Shown here: positions 1 through 7,768 of the stretch, piece after piece
How the letters are laid out: every line of letters starts with the position of its first letter
Position numbering within the stretch: the first letter of the stretch is position 1
Assembly: GCF_001672815.1 (NCBI RefSeq)
Contig: NZ_LZKK01000083.1
Coordinates: 8,759-40,758, forward strand
Origin: Mycobacterium sp. E796
GTDB lineage: Bacteria; Actinomycetota; Actinomycetes; Mycobacteriales; Mycobacteriaceae
Reading direction: 5' to 3'
Length of the DNA: 32,000 nucleotides
Notes under the pieces: model-generated
The model's database searches: none
Told to the model about the DNA's origin: nothing
The model's input: the letters and a program-made list of their open reading frames with translations, nothing else
Program-made: the position numbers and the translations under genes

Positions 1-73
1 GGCGTCAAGCATCGCGTCGAGCGGTCTCAGCTGACGACGCCGACGCCGTCGGCCGTCGAACACGGTTAAGCAA

Positions 74-104
74 ACGGGCCCGGGATCGAGATCCCCGGAC
101 CCGT
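74..104. terminator. Imperfect GC-rich hairpin past the hspX stop (possible bidirectional terminator)
   Basis: Arms acgggcccggga / tcccc-ggacccgt can pair over about 12 bp, with one bulge, one mismatch and a 6-nt loop (tcgaga). It lies 19 nt beyond the hspX stop (123-125, minus strand) and just after an in-frame plus-strand TAA at 67-69. There is no U-tract. Confidence 0.3.
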
Positions 105-122
105 AGCTATTGGGATTCGGCC

Positions 123-557
123 TTAGCTGGTCGCAACCGGCACATGCTTTTCGGCGGGTGCGGGTTTCGAAACTCCCACGGAGACGGTCAGGATGCCCTT
201 GTCGTAGGTGGCCTTGATGTCGTCCTCGTCGGCGCCGGTCGGCAGCGAGACGGTGCGGACAAACGAGCCATACGAGAACTCCGAACGGCCGTCGAATTCC
301 TTTTTCTCGCTGCGTTCGGCCTTGATGGTGAGCTGCCCGTCACGGACCGTGATGTCGACATCTTTGGCCGGGTCGATGCCGGGGATCTCGGCGCGAACCT
401 CGTAACGACCGTCGGTCATCTCGTCCTCCAGCCGCATCAGCCGGGTGTCGAACATCGGGCGGATCCCGGCGAACGACGGGAACCCCGCGAAGAATTCGGC
501 AAACTCGGGAAACAGCGAATGCTGCGGTTTCTGGGGCGCGGGAAGGGTGGTGGTCAT
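123..557 (-). CDS. hspX: Alpha-crystallin/Hsp20 small heat-shock protein (HspX/Acr 16-kDa antigen homologue)
   Basis: 144-aa ORF. It shares long blocks with M. tuberculosis HspX as I recall it: SLFPEF, FPSFAG, FDTRLMRLEDEM, GRYEVRAE.PG.DP.KDVDI.VRDGQLTIKAER, FDGRSEF.YGSFVRTVSLP.GADEDDIKATYDKGILTVSV. An AGGAGAG Shine-Dalgarno sits just upstream of the ATG. Confidence 0.93.
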   Translation of the reverse strand: MTTTLPAPQKPQHSLFPEFAEFFAGFPSFAGIRPMFDTRLMRLEDEMTDGRYEVRAEIPGIDPAKDVDITVRDGQLTIKAERSEKKEFDGRSEFSYGSFVRTVSLPTGADEDDIKATYDKGILTVSVGVSKPAPAEKHVPVATS

Positions 558-626
558 TGTGCTCTCCTGAAGTGTTGTGAGTTGTTGAAACGACGCTTAA
601 ATCCGACCACCAAGCCCGTTGCGGCG

Positions 627-646
627 ATAGGGACTCAAGTCCCCAT
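627..646. promoter_or_regulatory. Candidate DosR (DevR) box in the hspX / M50-protease divergent promoter
   Basis: ATAGGGACTCAAGTCCCCAT matches the published DosR consensus TTSGGGACTWWAGTCCCSAA at 16/20 positions. Both GGGACT/AGTCCC half-sites are perfect. The centre lies about 80 bp upstream of the hspX ATG. Confidence 0.55.
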
Positions 647-813
647 CGGATTTCTCGAAGCTGAATTTGGGTGAACAACCTGGTTACTCAGCAGACTCCG
701 TAGGGCAGGTCCATTGGCCGCCAGGGGAGGTCCAACGACCCTAGTGGCGGGGCACGGTGCGGTCCTAATTTCGGCAGCAGGCGTTGTCGGCCCGCGACTT
801 TGGAGGTTGAAGA

Positions 814-1965
814 GTGCGCGATGCGATCCCGTTAGGACGGGTCGCCGGTTTTCCGGTGAAGGTGCACTGGAGCGTCCTGGTCATCCTTTGGTTGTTCACG
901 TGGAGCCTCGCCAGCACGCTGCCAGGCACCGTCAAAGGGCATACGTCCCTGGCCTATTGGCTCGCCGGAGCGTGCGGCGCGCTGGTGCTGCTGGCGTCGC
1001 TGCTGGCGCACGAGCTCGCCCATGCGGTCGTCGCCCGCCGGGCCGGGGTGGCAGTGGAGAGCGTCACGCTGTGGCTGTTCGGCGGAGTGACCAGCCTCGA
1101 GGGCGAGGCCAAGACCCCCAAGGCGGCCTTTCGGATCGCGATCGCCGGCCCGGCCACCAGCCTGGCCCTGGCGGCGACGTTCGGCGGCCTGGTCGCGGCG
1201 CTGCGCGCCCTGCATGCCGCCCCCATGGTCGTCGGCGTCGCCTCGTGGCTGGCCGGCATCAATCTGCTGCTGGGCCTGTTCAACCTGTTGCCCGGCGCAC
1301 CGCTCGACGGCGGCCGCGTCCTGCGTGCCTACCTGTGGCGGCGCCACGGCGACATCGTGCGCGCCGGCATCGGAGCGGCGCATGCCGGACGGGTGGTCGC
1401 GTTCGTCCTGATCGGTTTGGGCCTGGCCGAATTCGTCGCGGGCGGCGTGGTCGGTGGCGTCTGGCTGGCCTTCATCGGCTGGTTCATCTTCGCCGCCAGC
1501 CGCGAGGAAGAGGCCCGGATTACGACCCAGCAGCTCTTCGCCGGAGTGAGCGTCTCCGACGCGATGACCGCGCACCCGCACACCGCGCCCAGCTGGCTCA
1601 CGGTCGAGGATTTCATCCAGCGCTATGTCCTGGGCGACCGTCACTCGGCGTACCCCGTCGCCGATCCGGACGGATCGATCGTGGGCCTGGTGACGCTGAC
1701 CCAGCTGCGCGACGTCGCGCCGGAAGCGCGCGGCAGCACCCGGGTGGCCGACATCGCCCTCCCCATGCACGCGGTGCCCACCGCCGCACCACAGGAACCG
1801 CTGACCACGCTGCTCGAGCGAATGGCACCGGTCGGTCCGCGCAGTCGTGCCCTGGTGACCGACGGCGGCAAGGTGGTCGGCATCGTCACGCCGAGCGACC
1901 TCACCCGGCTGATGGACGTCTACCGGCTCGCCCACCGTGGACCGGCCGTGACGTCTCCCGTCTAG
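814..1965 (+). CDS. M50 (site-2 protease family) zinc metalloprotease with C-terminal CBS pair, Rv2625c-like
   Basis: 383-aa ORF with several TM helices. It has the HExxH zinc motif ([12 protein letters not shown]) and an [12 protein letters not shown] motif typical of M50. The C-terminal roughly 130 aa resemble tandem CBS domains. GGAGG lies 7 nt upstream of the GTG at 814. Confidence 0.9.
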   Translation: MRDAIPLGRVAGFPVKVHWSVLVILWLFTWSLASTLPGTVKGHTSLAYWLAGACGALVLLASLLAHELAHAVVARRAGVAVESVTLWLFGGVTSLEGEAKTPKAAFRIAIAGPATSLALAATFGGLVAALRALHAAPMVVGVASWLAGINLLLGLFNLLPGAPLDGGRVLRAYLWRRHGDIVRAGIGAAHAGRVVAFVLIGLGLAEFVAGGVVGGVWLAFIGWFIFAASREEEARITTQQLFAGVSVSDAMTAHPHTAPSWLTVEDFIQRYVLGDRHSAYPVADPDGSIVGLVTLTQLRDVAPEARGSTRVADIALPMHAVPTAAPQEPLTTLLERMAPVGPRSRALVTDGGKVVGIVTPSDLTRLMDVYRLAHRGPAVTSPV

Positions 1966-1988
1966 CGGCCGAAAGGTGTTGGGAGATT

Positions 1989-2780
1989 ATGAAATCGATC
2001 ATCGTGGGGATCGACGGCTCGCCGGCGGCGGTCGGGGCCGCGCTGTGGGGCGTCGACGAGGCCATCAGCCGCCACGTGCCGCTGCGCCTCGTCGCGGTCA
2101 TGAAGCCGACGCATCTATCCCCGGACGACTACGCCCGTGACCTCACCCATGCCGAGAATTCGCTTCGGGCGGCCCGATCGGCGATCGAGGCCAGCGGAAA
2201 ACCCGTCGCCGTTGAAACCGAAATCGGTCGCGGACCGGCCGGCGCGCTGCTGGTCGAGGCGTCCTCCGATGCCGAGATGATCTGCGCCGGGTCCACCGGA
2301 ATCGGGCGCTACGCCCGCTCGATCCTGGGTTCGACGGCAACCGAGCTGGCCGAGAAGGCGCATTGCCCGGTGGCGATCCTGCGTACGGATGTCGACCAGC
2401 CACCGCCGGACATCAACTGGATCGTGGTCCGGATGACCGACGCACCCGATGCCGATGTCGTCTTGAAACACGCTGTGGGAGAGGCGAAATTGCGTCGGGC
2501 GCCCATGCTCGTCCTGGGCGGACGACCGGAGGACCTCACCGACCACGCTGACTGCCGGTTCCAACACCGGGTGCAGGACTGGCGCCAGCGTCACCCTGAG
2601 GTGCGCGTCTACCCGATCACCACCAGGGAAGCCATCGCCGATTTCCTGGCCTCCCACGACGAGCGAGTTCTGCTCGCGGTCATCAGCGGCGGCGAGGCCG
2701 GCCAGTTGGCGCGGCTGGTCGGGCCGCACGGGCACCCCCTATTCCACCACCCCGAGTGCTCGGTGCTCGTCGTGCGCTAG
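1989..2780 (+). CDS. Universal stress protein (tandem USP domains), Rv2624c-like
   Basis: This is the C-terminal part of the 714-2780 ORF. The ATG at 1989 is preceded by GGGAGA, and the protein opens with the canonical USP start MKSIIVGIDGSPAA. It also has G.TG.GR...LGST...L...A.CPV. The upstream 425 codons of the long ORF overlap the M50 gene out of frame and are Arg/Pro/Gly junk. Confidence 0.88.
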   Translation: MKSIIVGIDGSPAAVGAALWGVDEAISRHVPLRLVAVMKPTHLSPDDYARDLTHAENSLRAARSAIEASGKPVAVETEIGRGPAGALLVEASSDAEMICAGSTGIGRYARSILGSTATELAEKAHCPVAILRTDVDQPPPDINWIVVRMTDAPDADVVLKHAVGEAKLRRAPMLVLGGRPEDLTDHADCRFQHRVQDWRQRHPEVRVYPITTREAIADFLASHDERVLLAVISGGEAGQLARLVGPHGHPLFHHPECSVLVVR

Positions 2781-2863
2781 CAAACGTCATAATGTGCTCG
2801 CAGGAGGTGACGTTTGGCACTTACGCCCCGCCCGTCACGAGGCAATGATCACCGGGTACCAGC

Positions 2864-3652
2864 GTGCCCTATCAGAGAGAGTTATCAGCGGTGAGCGGTG
2901 GCCGTACCTCCCGGATATGGACATCGATCGCGTTGCTCGCGCGGCGCGAAGGGGCATCGATGTCGCCGAGACATGCATGTTTGGCTTGCACGGAGGCGGT
3001 GGGCGTCCGTGGTGCCGGCCTCCTTCTGGCCGACCATATGGGGTCGCTCGAGCCGGTGTTCGTCACGGATTCGCACGCCGGTGAGGTGGAAGAACTGCAA
3101 GCTACGGTGGGCGAGGGGCCGGGTATCGATGCGCTGGAGTCGGGCCGGCCGACCCTCGTCGGGGATTTGGCCGCACCGATCAGCAACCGTCGTTGGCCGA
3201 TGTTCGCGCCCGAGGCAGGTCGACTCGGGGTATGCGCCATGTACAGCCTTCCGCTGGCGCTGGGCGCGATCCGCGTAGGGGTGCTAGACCTCTACCAAGA
3301 CACCCCCGGCCACCTCGACGAGAGCCAGCTGATGGACGCACTGATCTATGCAGACACCGCGTTGCTGCTGGTGCTCGACGTCCAAAGTGGCATCGCCACG
3401 TCGGCGGATGGTGATGGCCCCGACGGACTCGGTCCAGTGCTTTGGCATGCGGAGGTTCATCAGGCCGCCGGCATGATCTCGGTGCAACTGGGAGTCTCGG
3501 CGCTGGACGCATTGGTCCGTCTGCGCGCGTACGCCTATTCCCATGACAGGCCACTCACGGATGTCGCACGTGCCGTGGTGGAACGACGGCTGCGATTCCA
3601 TCCGGATGACGCGGAACCCGCGGCAGACCACGTTGGAAGGGGACGGCGATGA
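2864..3652 (+). CDS. GAF-ANTAR RNA-binding regulator (1 of 2)
   Basis: N-terminal GAF-like region (GVRGAGLLLAD...GEGPGIDA...). C-terminal ANTAR helices (VHQAAGMISVQLGVSALDALVRLRAYAYSHDRPLTDVARAVVERRL). The start is uncertain: GTG 2864, GTG 2891 or ATG 2960, the last preceded by AAGGGG. Confidence 0.8.
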   Translation: MPYQRELSAVSGGRTSRIWTSIALLARREGASMSPRHACLACTEAVGVRGAGLLLADHMGSLEPVFVTDSHAGEVEELQATVGEGPGIDALESGRPTLVGDLAAPISNRRWPMFAPEAGRLGVCAMYSLPLALGAIRVGVLDLYQDTPGHLDESQLMDALIYADTALLLVLDVQSGIATSADGDGPDGLGPVLWHAEVHQAAGMISVQLGVSALDALVRLRAYAYSHDRPLTDVARAVVERRLRFHPDDAEPAADHVGRGRR

Positions 3653-4395
3653 ACAGCCCGCAGCCCGTTGTCGCCAAATCGTTTGTCGAACTGGTCGACT
3701 CGCTGGTCGACGACTTCGACCTGGTTGATTTTTTGCACTTGGTAACGGTGCGTGCCCAGCAGACGCTCGGCGTCGAGGCGGTCGGGCTCCTGCTGGCCGA
3801 CAATCACGGTGGCCTCAACGTCGTCGCCGCATCCAGCGAACAGGCCCGCGTGCTCGAGTTGTTTCAGCTGCAACACGCGGAAGGCCCGTGCCTGGACTGC
3901 TACCGAACGGGGCGGCCCGTCAGCTGTCCCGATCTTTCCAGTGAATTCGAGCGCTGGCCGCTTTTCGTCCCCAAAGCGCTCGATACCGGGTTCGCCGCCG
4001 TGCATGCGTTGCCTATGCGGTTGCGTGAGCAGGTCATTGGTGGCATGAACCTGTTTACCGTCACTCGCGGCGATCTCGATGCCGACCTGCTCGCCGTCGG
4101 GCAGGCGTTGACCGACGTGGCCACCATTGGGCTGCTGCAGGAACGCGCCATCAGCCAGCGCGAGTTGCTGATCGAGCAACTACAGACCACGCTCAAGCAC
4201 CGTCTGACTGTCGAGCAAGCCAAAGGGATCCTCGCTGAACGTGCCGACGTCACGGTCGACGAGGCGTTCGGACTGATGCGGGCGTATGCGCACGGTTGCG
4301 GCCGCAAACTGACCGACGTGGCCGACGCCTTGGTCCGTCGCGACCCGAGCGCCGACGAGCTGATATTGCGCGCGAGCCCGAAGCGGACACCCTGA
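3649..4395 (+). CDS. GAF-ANTAR RNA-binding regulator (2 of 2)
   Basis: 248-aa ORF whose ATG overlaps the upstream stop (ATGA at 3649-3652). GAF-like N-terminal region (GVEAVGLLLAD...AEGPCLDC). ANTAR motif (VEQAKGILAERADVTVDEAFGLMRAYAHGCGRKLTDVADALV). Confidence 0.88.
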   Translation: MNSPQPVVAKSFVELVDSLVDDFDLVDFLHLVTVRAQQTLGVEAVGLLLADNHGGLNVVAASSEQARVLELFQLQHAEGPCLDCYRTGRPVSCPDLSSEFERWPLFVPKALDTGFAAVHALPMRLREQVIGGMNLFTVTRGDLDADLLAVGQALTDVATIGLLQERAISQRELLIEQLQTTLKHRLTVEQAKGILAERADVTVDEAFGLMRAYAHGCGRKLTDVADALVRRDPSADELILRASPKRTP

Positions 4396-4443
4396 CGCGC
4401 CCGCCCAGTGGATCCGGTGTTGTCGCCGCCGAACTGAATCGAC

Positions 4444-5334
4444 TTACGCAAGTGCATCCCGCGCCACGATCACCGGCGCCTGCGCCATCTGGGCGACGGC
4501 TTCCCCGACGGATCCCACCAGCATTCCGGCGAAACCGCCGCGGCCCCTGCTGCCGACCACGACCAGCTGTGCCCCCGCGGACTGCTCAACGAGCCGTCGT
4601 GCCGGCTGGGCCTGCACGACGGCACGGGTCACCCTCACGTCGGGGTACTGCTCCTGCCAGCCCGCCAGCCGCTCGGCCAACACCTCTTCGGCCGCCGATT
4701 GGGTTGTGGGCCAATCAATTTCGGGCCACTCCGATCGGTCGAGATCACTCCACGCGTGCAGGGCCACCAAATCCGCGTTGCGGCGGGAGGCCTCATCGAA
4801 GGCGATCGCGGTTGCGGGCTCGGATGCCGGTGAGCCGTCGACGCCGAGCAACACCGGGCCTTGACCGGCGCCCGGGGTCGCGGGGTCCTCGTGGATGATC
4901 GCAACCGGGCAGTGCGCGTGACGCAGCAGGGCCGAGCTGACCGAGCCCAGCAGCCGGCCGGGCCAGCGGCCGCTTCCCAGCGCCCCCGTGACCAGCATGT
5001 CCGCCTCCTTGGACAAGTCGATCAGCGTGGGAACCGCTGCCGAGGAAAGGATTTCGGTCTGGATACCGGCCGGGCCGCCGCGCCGCGAGGCCGCTTCGAC
5101 GACCTTGAGCGCCTCGTCGACCAGCCGGCGACCGTGCTCCTGCTGCCAGCGCATCACCCCGGCGGGCACGGGCGTCCTCAGCCACGACCGAACCTCGGGA
5201 GAAACAGCGTGCACGAGGGTCAGCGGAACGTTGCGCAGCTCGGCGTCGCGCACAGCCCACTGCACCGCTGTCCTGGCGGCCGGCGAGTCGTCGATGCCGA
5301 CGACGATTCCCAAACGTGCGTTCTGCGATGACAT
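4444..5334 (-). CDS. Tandem-domain universal stress protein, Rv2623 (TB31.7) homologue
   Basis: 296 aa, collinear with M. tuberculosis Rv2623 as recalled. Shared blocks include GI.VGIDDSPAA, PLTLVHAVSPEV, GRWPGRLLGSVSS.LLRHAHCPV.IIH, VLHAWSD and VVVGSRGRGG.AGMLVGSVGE.VAQ.A..PVIVAR. Confidence 0.92.
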   Translation of the reverse strand: MSSQNARLGIVVGIDDSPAARTAVQWAVRDAELRNVPLTLVHAVSPEVRSWLRTPVPAGVMRWQQEHGRRLVDEALKVVEAASRRGGPAGIQTEILSSAAVPTLIDLSKEADMLVTGALGSGRWPGRLLGSVSSALLRHAHCPVAIIHEDPATPGAGQGPVLLGVDGSPASEPATAIAFDEASRRNADLVALHAWSDLDRSEWPEIDWPTTQSAAEEVLAERLAGWQEQYPDVRVTRAVVQAQPARRLVEQSAGAQLVVVGSRGRGGFAGMLVGSVGEAVAQMAQAPVIVARDALA

Positions 5335-5602
5335 TCCCAGTCCTCGATTCGTCGGCGTGGCCGTTCACGCACGACCGTATCGGGGCCGGGTGTTTTTCAG
5401 CAGGGGCGTTTGTCACAAGACCGCGCGCGCACAAAAGTTTTCGGCGACCGTCATCTTTTCACAAGAGCTGTTGTGTAAAGTCGAGCGACGTGACGTGCGA
5501 CCTGCCCGCGGAGCTCGCCCCCCACCTGGCCGATAATGAGGCCCGCGATGTCGACACATCGCTGGTCGCCGCCCAGTCGAGGGCCGACGAGACCAAAGGA
5601 GC

Positions 5603-6277
5603 GTGAGCGGCATTACGTCAGTGGGAGAGAACACCGGACGCCGCCGCCGCGAGGTGCTGCGGCTATTGCGGTCGTCGCCCGATCCGCTGAGCATCGTTGC
5701 GATCGCCGAACAGCTTGGCGTGCACCCGAATACGGTGCGTTTCCACCTCGACAGCCTGCTGGCGGCCAGCCAAGTGGAGCAGGTCGAGCACGACCGCAAG
5801 GGCCCCGGGCGCCCGCCCCTGATGTTCTCCGCGGTGCGGCAGATGGATCGCGGCGGGACGCGCCACTACCGCACGCTGGCCGAAGTCCTGACCGAGGCGC
5901 TGGCCGCCGAGCGGAATCCGCGGGCAAAGGCGGTGGCCGCGGGCAGGAAATGGGGGCGAAGCCTGGAATCACGCGCCAAGGCGCCGAAGGCCCGAGGCGC
6001 CGACGAGGCGGTCGACCGGCTGGTCGGTGTGCTCGACGACCTCGGCTTCGCCCCGGAGCGGCGGACGTCGGACGGGGAGCAACTGGTGGGCCTGCGGCAC
6101 TGCCCCTTCCTGGAACTGGCCGAAACCCATGGTGCGGTCGTATGCCCCATCCACCTCGGGCTGATGCAGGGAGCCCTGGAGGCGTGGGGGGCACCGGTCT
6201 CGGTCGATCGCCTCGACGCGTTCGTCGAACCGGATCTGTGCCTGGCCCATATCGCGCCGGCCGGTTCGGCCCGGTGA
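5603..6277 (+). CDS. ArsR-type winged-helix transcriptional regulator, Rv2621c-like
   Basis: 224-aa ORF. The N-terminal wHTH is RRREVLRLLRSSPDPLSIVAIAEQLGVHPNTVRFHLDSL. The C-terminal half is Cys/His-containing (CPFLELA...VCPIHLGLMQG). AAGGAG lies very close to the GTG at 5603, so the exact start is uncertain. Confidence 0.8.
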   Translation: MSGITSVGENTGRRRREVLRLLRSSPDPLSIVAIAEQLGVHPNTVRFHLDSLLAASQVEQVEHDRKGPGRPPLMFSAVRQMDRGGTRHYRTLAEVLTEALAAERNPRAKAVAAGRKWGRSLESRAKAPKARGADEAVDRLVGVLDDLGFAPERRTSDGEQLVGLRHCPFLELAETHGAVVCPIHLGLMQGALEAWGAPVSVDRLDAFVEPDLCLAHIAPAGSAR

Positions 6278-6699
6278 GCACCGGCTCGGCGGTCGCCGTC
6301 GCGGTCACCTTCGTCTGGCTGGGCATGGTGCTGGCCATCTCGTTCCTCGAAGCCCCGCTGAAGTTTCGCGCGCCCGACGTGACGCTGCAGATCGGACTCG
6401 GCATCGGGCGCCTGGTCTTTCGCGCGCTCAACACCGTTGAGGTCGTCTTCGCCCTCGTCGTCGTCGCGATCGTGGTGTCGGAGCCGACGCCGGCGCGGAC
6501 CACCGTGGCTTTCGCCGTCGCCGTCGCCGCCCTGGCGATCCAGCTGATCGCGGTGCGCCCGGCGCTGACCCGCCGCTCCGATGCGGTACTCGCCGGGTCG
6601 GAGGGTCCGCGGTCCCACGCCCATTACGCCTACGTCGGCCTGGAGGCGGTCAAGGCGGTGGCCTTGCTGGTGGCGGGGATACTGCTACTGACCGTCTGA
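6274..6699 (+). CDS. Small polytopic membrane protein, Rv2620c-like
   Basis: The GTG at 6274 overlaps the regulator's stop (GTGA at 6274-6277). The 141-aa product has about 4 hydrophobic helices. The upstream part of the 5536-6699 ORF overlaps the regulator out of frame. Confidence 0.75.
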   Translation: MSTGSAVAVAVTFVWLGMVLAISFLEAPLKFRAPDVTLQIGLGIGRLVFRALNTVEVVFALVVVAIVVSEPTPARTTVAFAVAVAALAIQLIAVRPALTRRSDAVLAGSEGPRSHAHYAYVGLEAVKAVALLVAGILLLTV

Positions 6700-6824
6700 T
6701 TGCGGGCGTGCACGACGGAAGGGGACGACTGTGGAATCCATCTCGTTGACCGGCCTGGCCTCCGAAAAGCTGGCCGAGCTTCGGCAGACCGTGCTGAAGA
6801 GCCAGCCCGGCGCGCACTAGCCGG

Positions 6825-7765
6825 ATGCTATCCACACCCTGGTCAAGGGATTTCGGGCTGCGGGTACCGATCGTCAACGCCCCGATGGGTGGGGTCGCCG
6901 GTGGCCGGCTGGCCGCTGCCGTCACCGCGGCCGGTGGGCTGGGCATGGTCGGCATGGGCAGCGACGGCAGCCGGGAGTCGCTGCAAGCCCAGTTGTCGCA
7001 CGCGCGCGGGAGATTCGGAATCGGCCTGGTGGACTGGGTGATCCGGACCCGCGATGGGCTGCTCGAGGATGCGCTGGCTGCCGGGCCCGCGCTGTTGTCG
7101 GTCAGTTTCGGCACCGACTGGTCATGGGCCGTGAAGGCGCACGACGCCGGAATCCCCACCGCCACACAGGTTTACGACCGTCTGGGCGCCGTTAAGGCCG
7201 TCGACGCCGGCGTGGACATCCTGGTCGCGCGGGGGTCCGAGGGCGGCGGGCACGGCGAGATCAAACTCGCGACGCTGCCGTTGCTCGACGAGGTGTTGGA
7301 CGCCGTCACGGTGCCCGTGCTCGCGGGCGGTGGCGTCGCCTCGGTGCGAAGCCTGGCCGCGGTGTTGGCGGCCGGTGCGAGCGGGGCGTGGGTGGGCACC
7401 CGGCTGGCGGCGTGTCCGGAGGCGCTCCCGGCGACGGCAGCCGCCGCGCGCTGATCGCCGCCCGGGCCACCGACACGGCCGTCACCCGGGCCTTCGACGT
7501 CGCCGGGGGATTGCCCTGGCCGGCGAAGTTCCCGTCGCGCGTGTTGGCCAACGACTTCGTCGCGCGCTGGACGGGCCGCGAGGACGCGCTCGATGTGTCG
7601 GCGTGCGACGAACTGGCCGCGGCCGTCGCCGCCGACGATCGCCGCGTCGCGCCCGTCGACGCCGGCGAGGGTGTCGGGATGATCCTCGACGACGCGCCGG
7701 TGGGTGACGTCATCGCGCAGATGTGCGCGGGTGCGGAGAAGCTGCTGACCGGTTGGGGCTCGTAG
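6825..7765 (+). pseudogene. Nitronate monooxygenase (2-nitropropane dioxygenase, NMO family) interrupted by a frameshift
   Basis: ORF 6825-7454 encodes the FMN-binding TIM-barrel N-terminal two-thirds (PIVNAPMGGV, VARGSEGGGH, VLAGGGV, GAWVGTRLAACPEA). The remaining family-typical C-terminus (RRALIAARATDTAVTRAFD...WP.KFPSRVL.N.F...W.G.E) continues in another frame, ORF 7388-7765. The frames must be joined within about 7420-7450. Confidence 0.7.
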
Positions 7766-7768
7766 CGG

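Noticed and set aside
1-69. Open plus-strand frame (…GVKHRVERSQLTTPTPSAVEHG*) ending at TAA 67-69, possibly the 3' end of a gene upstream of the window.
   Set aside because: Only 22 codons are visible and none form a recognisable motif. I cannot support a call.
729-741. Possible second DosR site GGTCCAACGACCC, about 80 bp upstream of the M50 protease gene.
   Set aside because: It matches only about 9 of 13 core positions, and both half-sites are degenerate. That is too weak to call without a scoring matrix or binding data.
714-1988. N-terminal 425 codons of the 688-aa ORF 714-2780.
   Set aside because: The segment overlaps the M50 protease gene in another frame and encodes Arg/Pro/Gly junk. 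The real USP gene starts at ATG 1989, with a Shine-Dalgarno and a canonical USP N-terminus.
2794-3084. 96-aa ORF in an alternative frame overlapping the 5' end of the first GAF-ANTAR gene.
   Set aside because: Its third-position GC is lower than that of the overlapping frame, and it has no recognisable domain. The GAF-ANTAR frame carries family-typical sequence from at least about 2930 onward.
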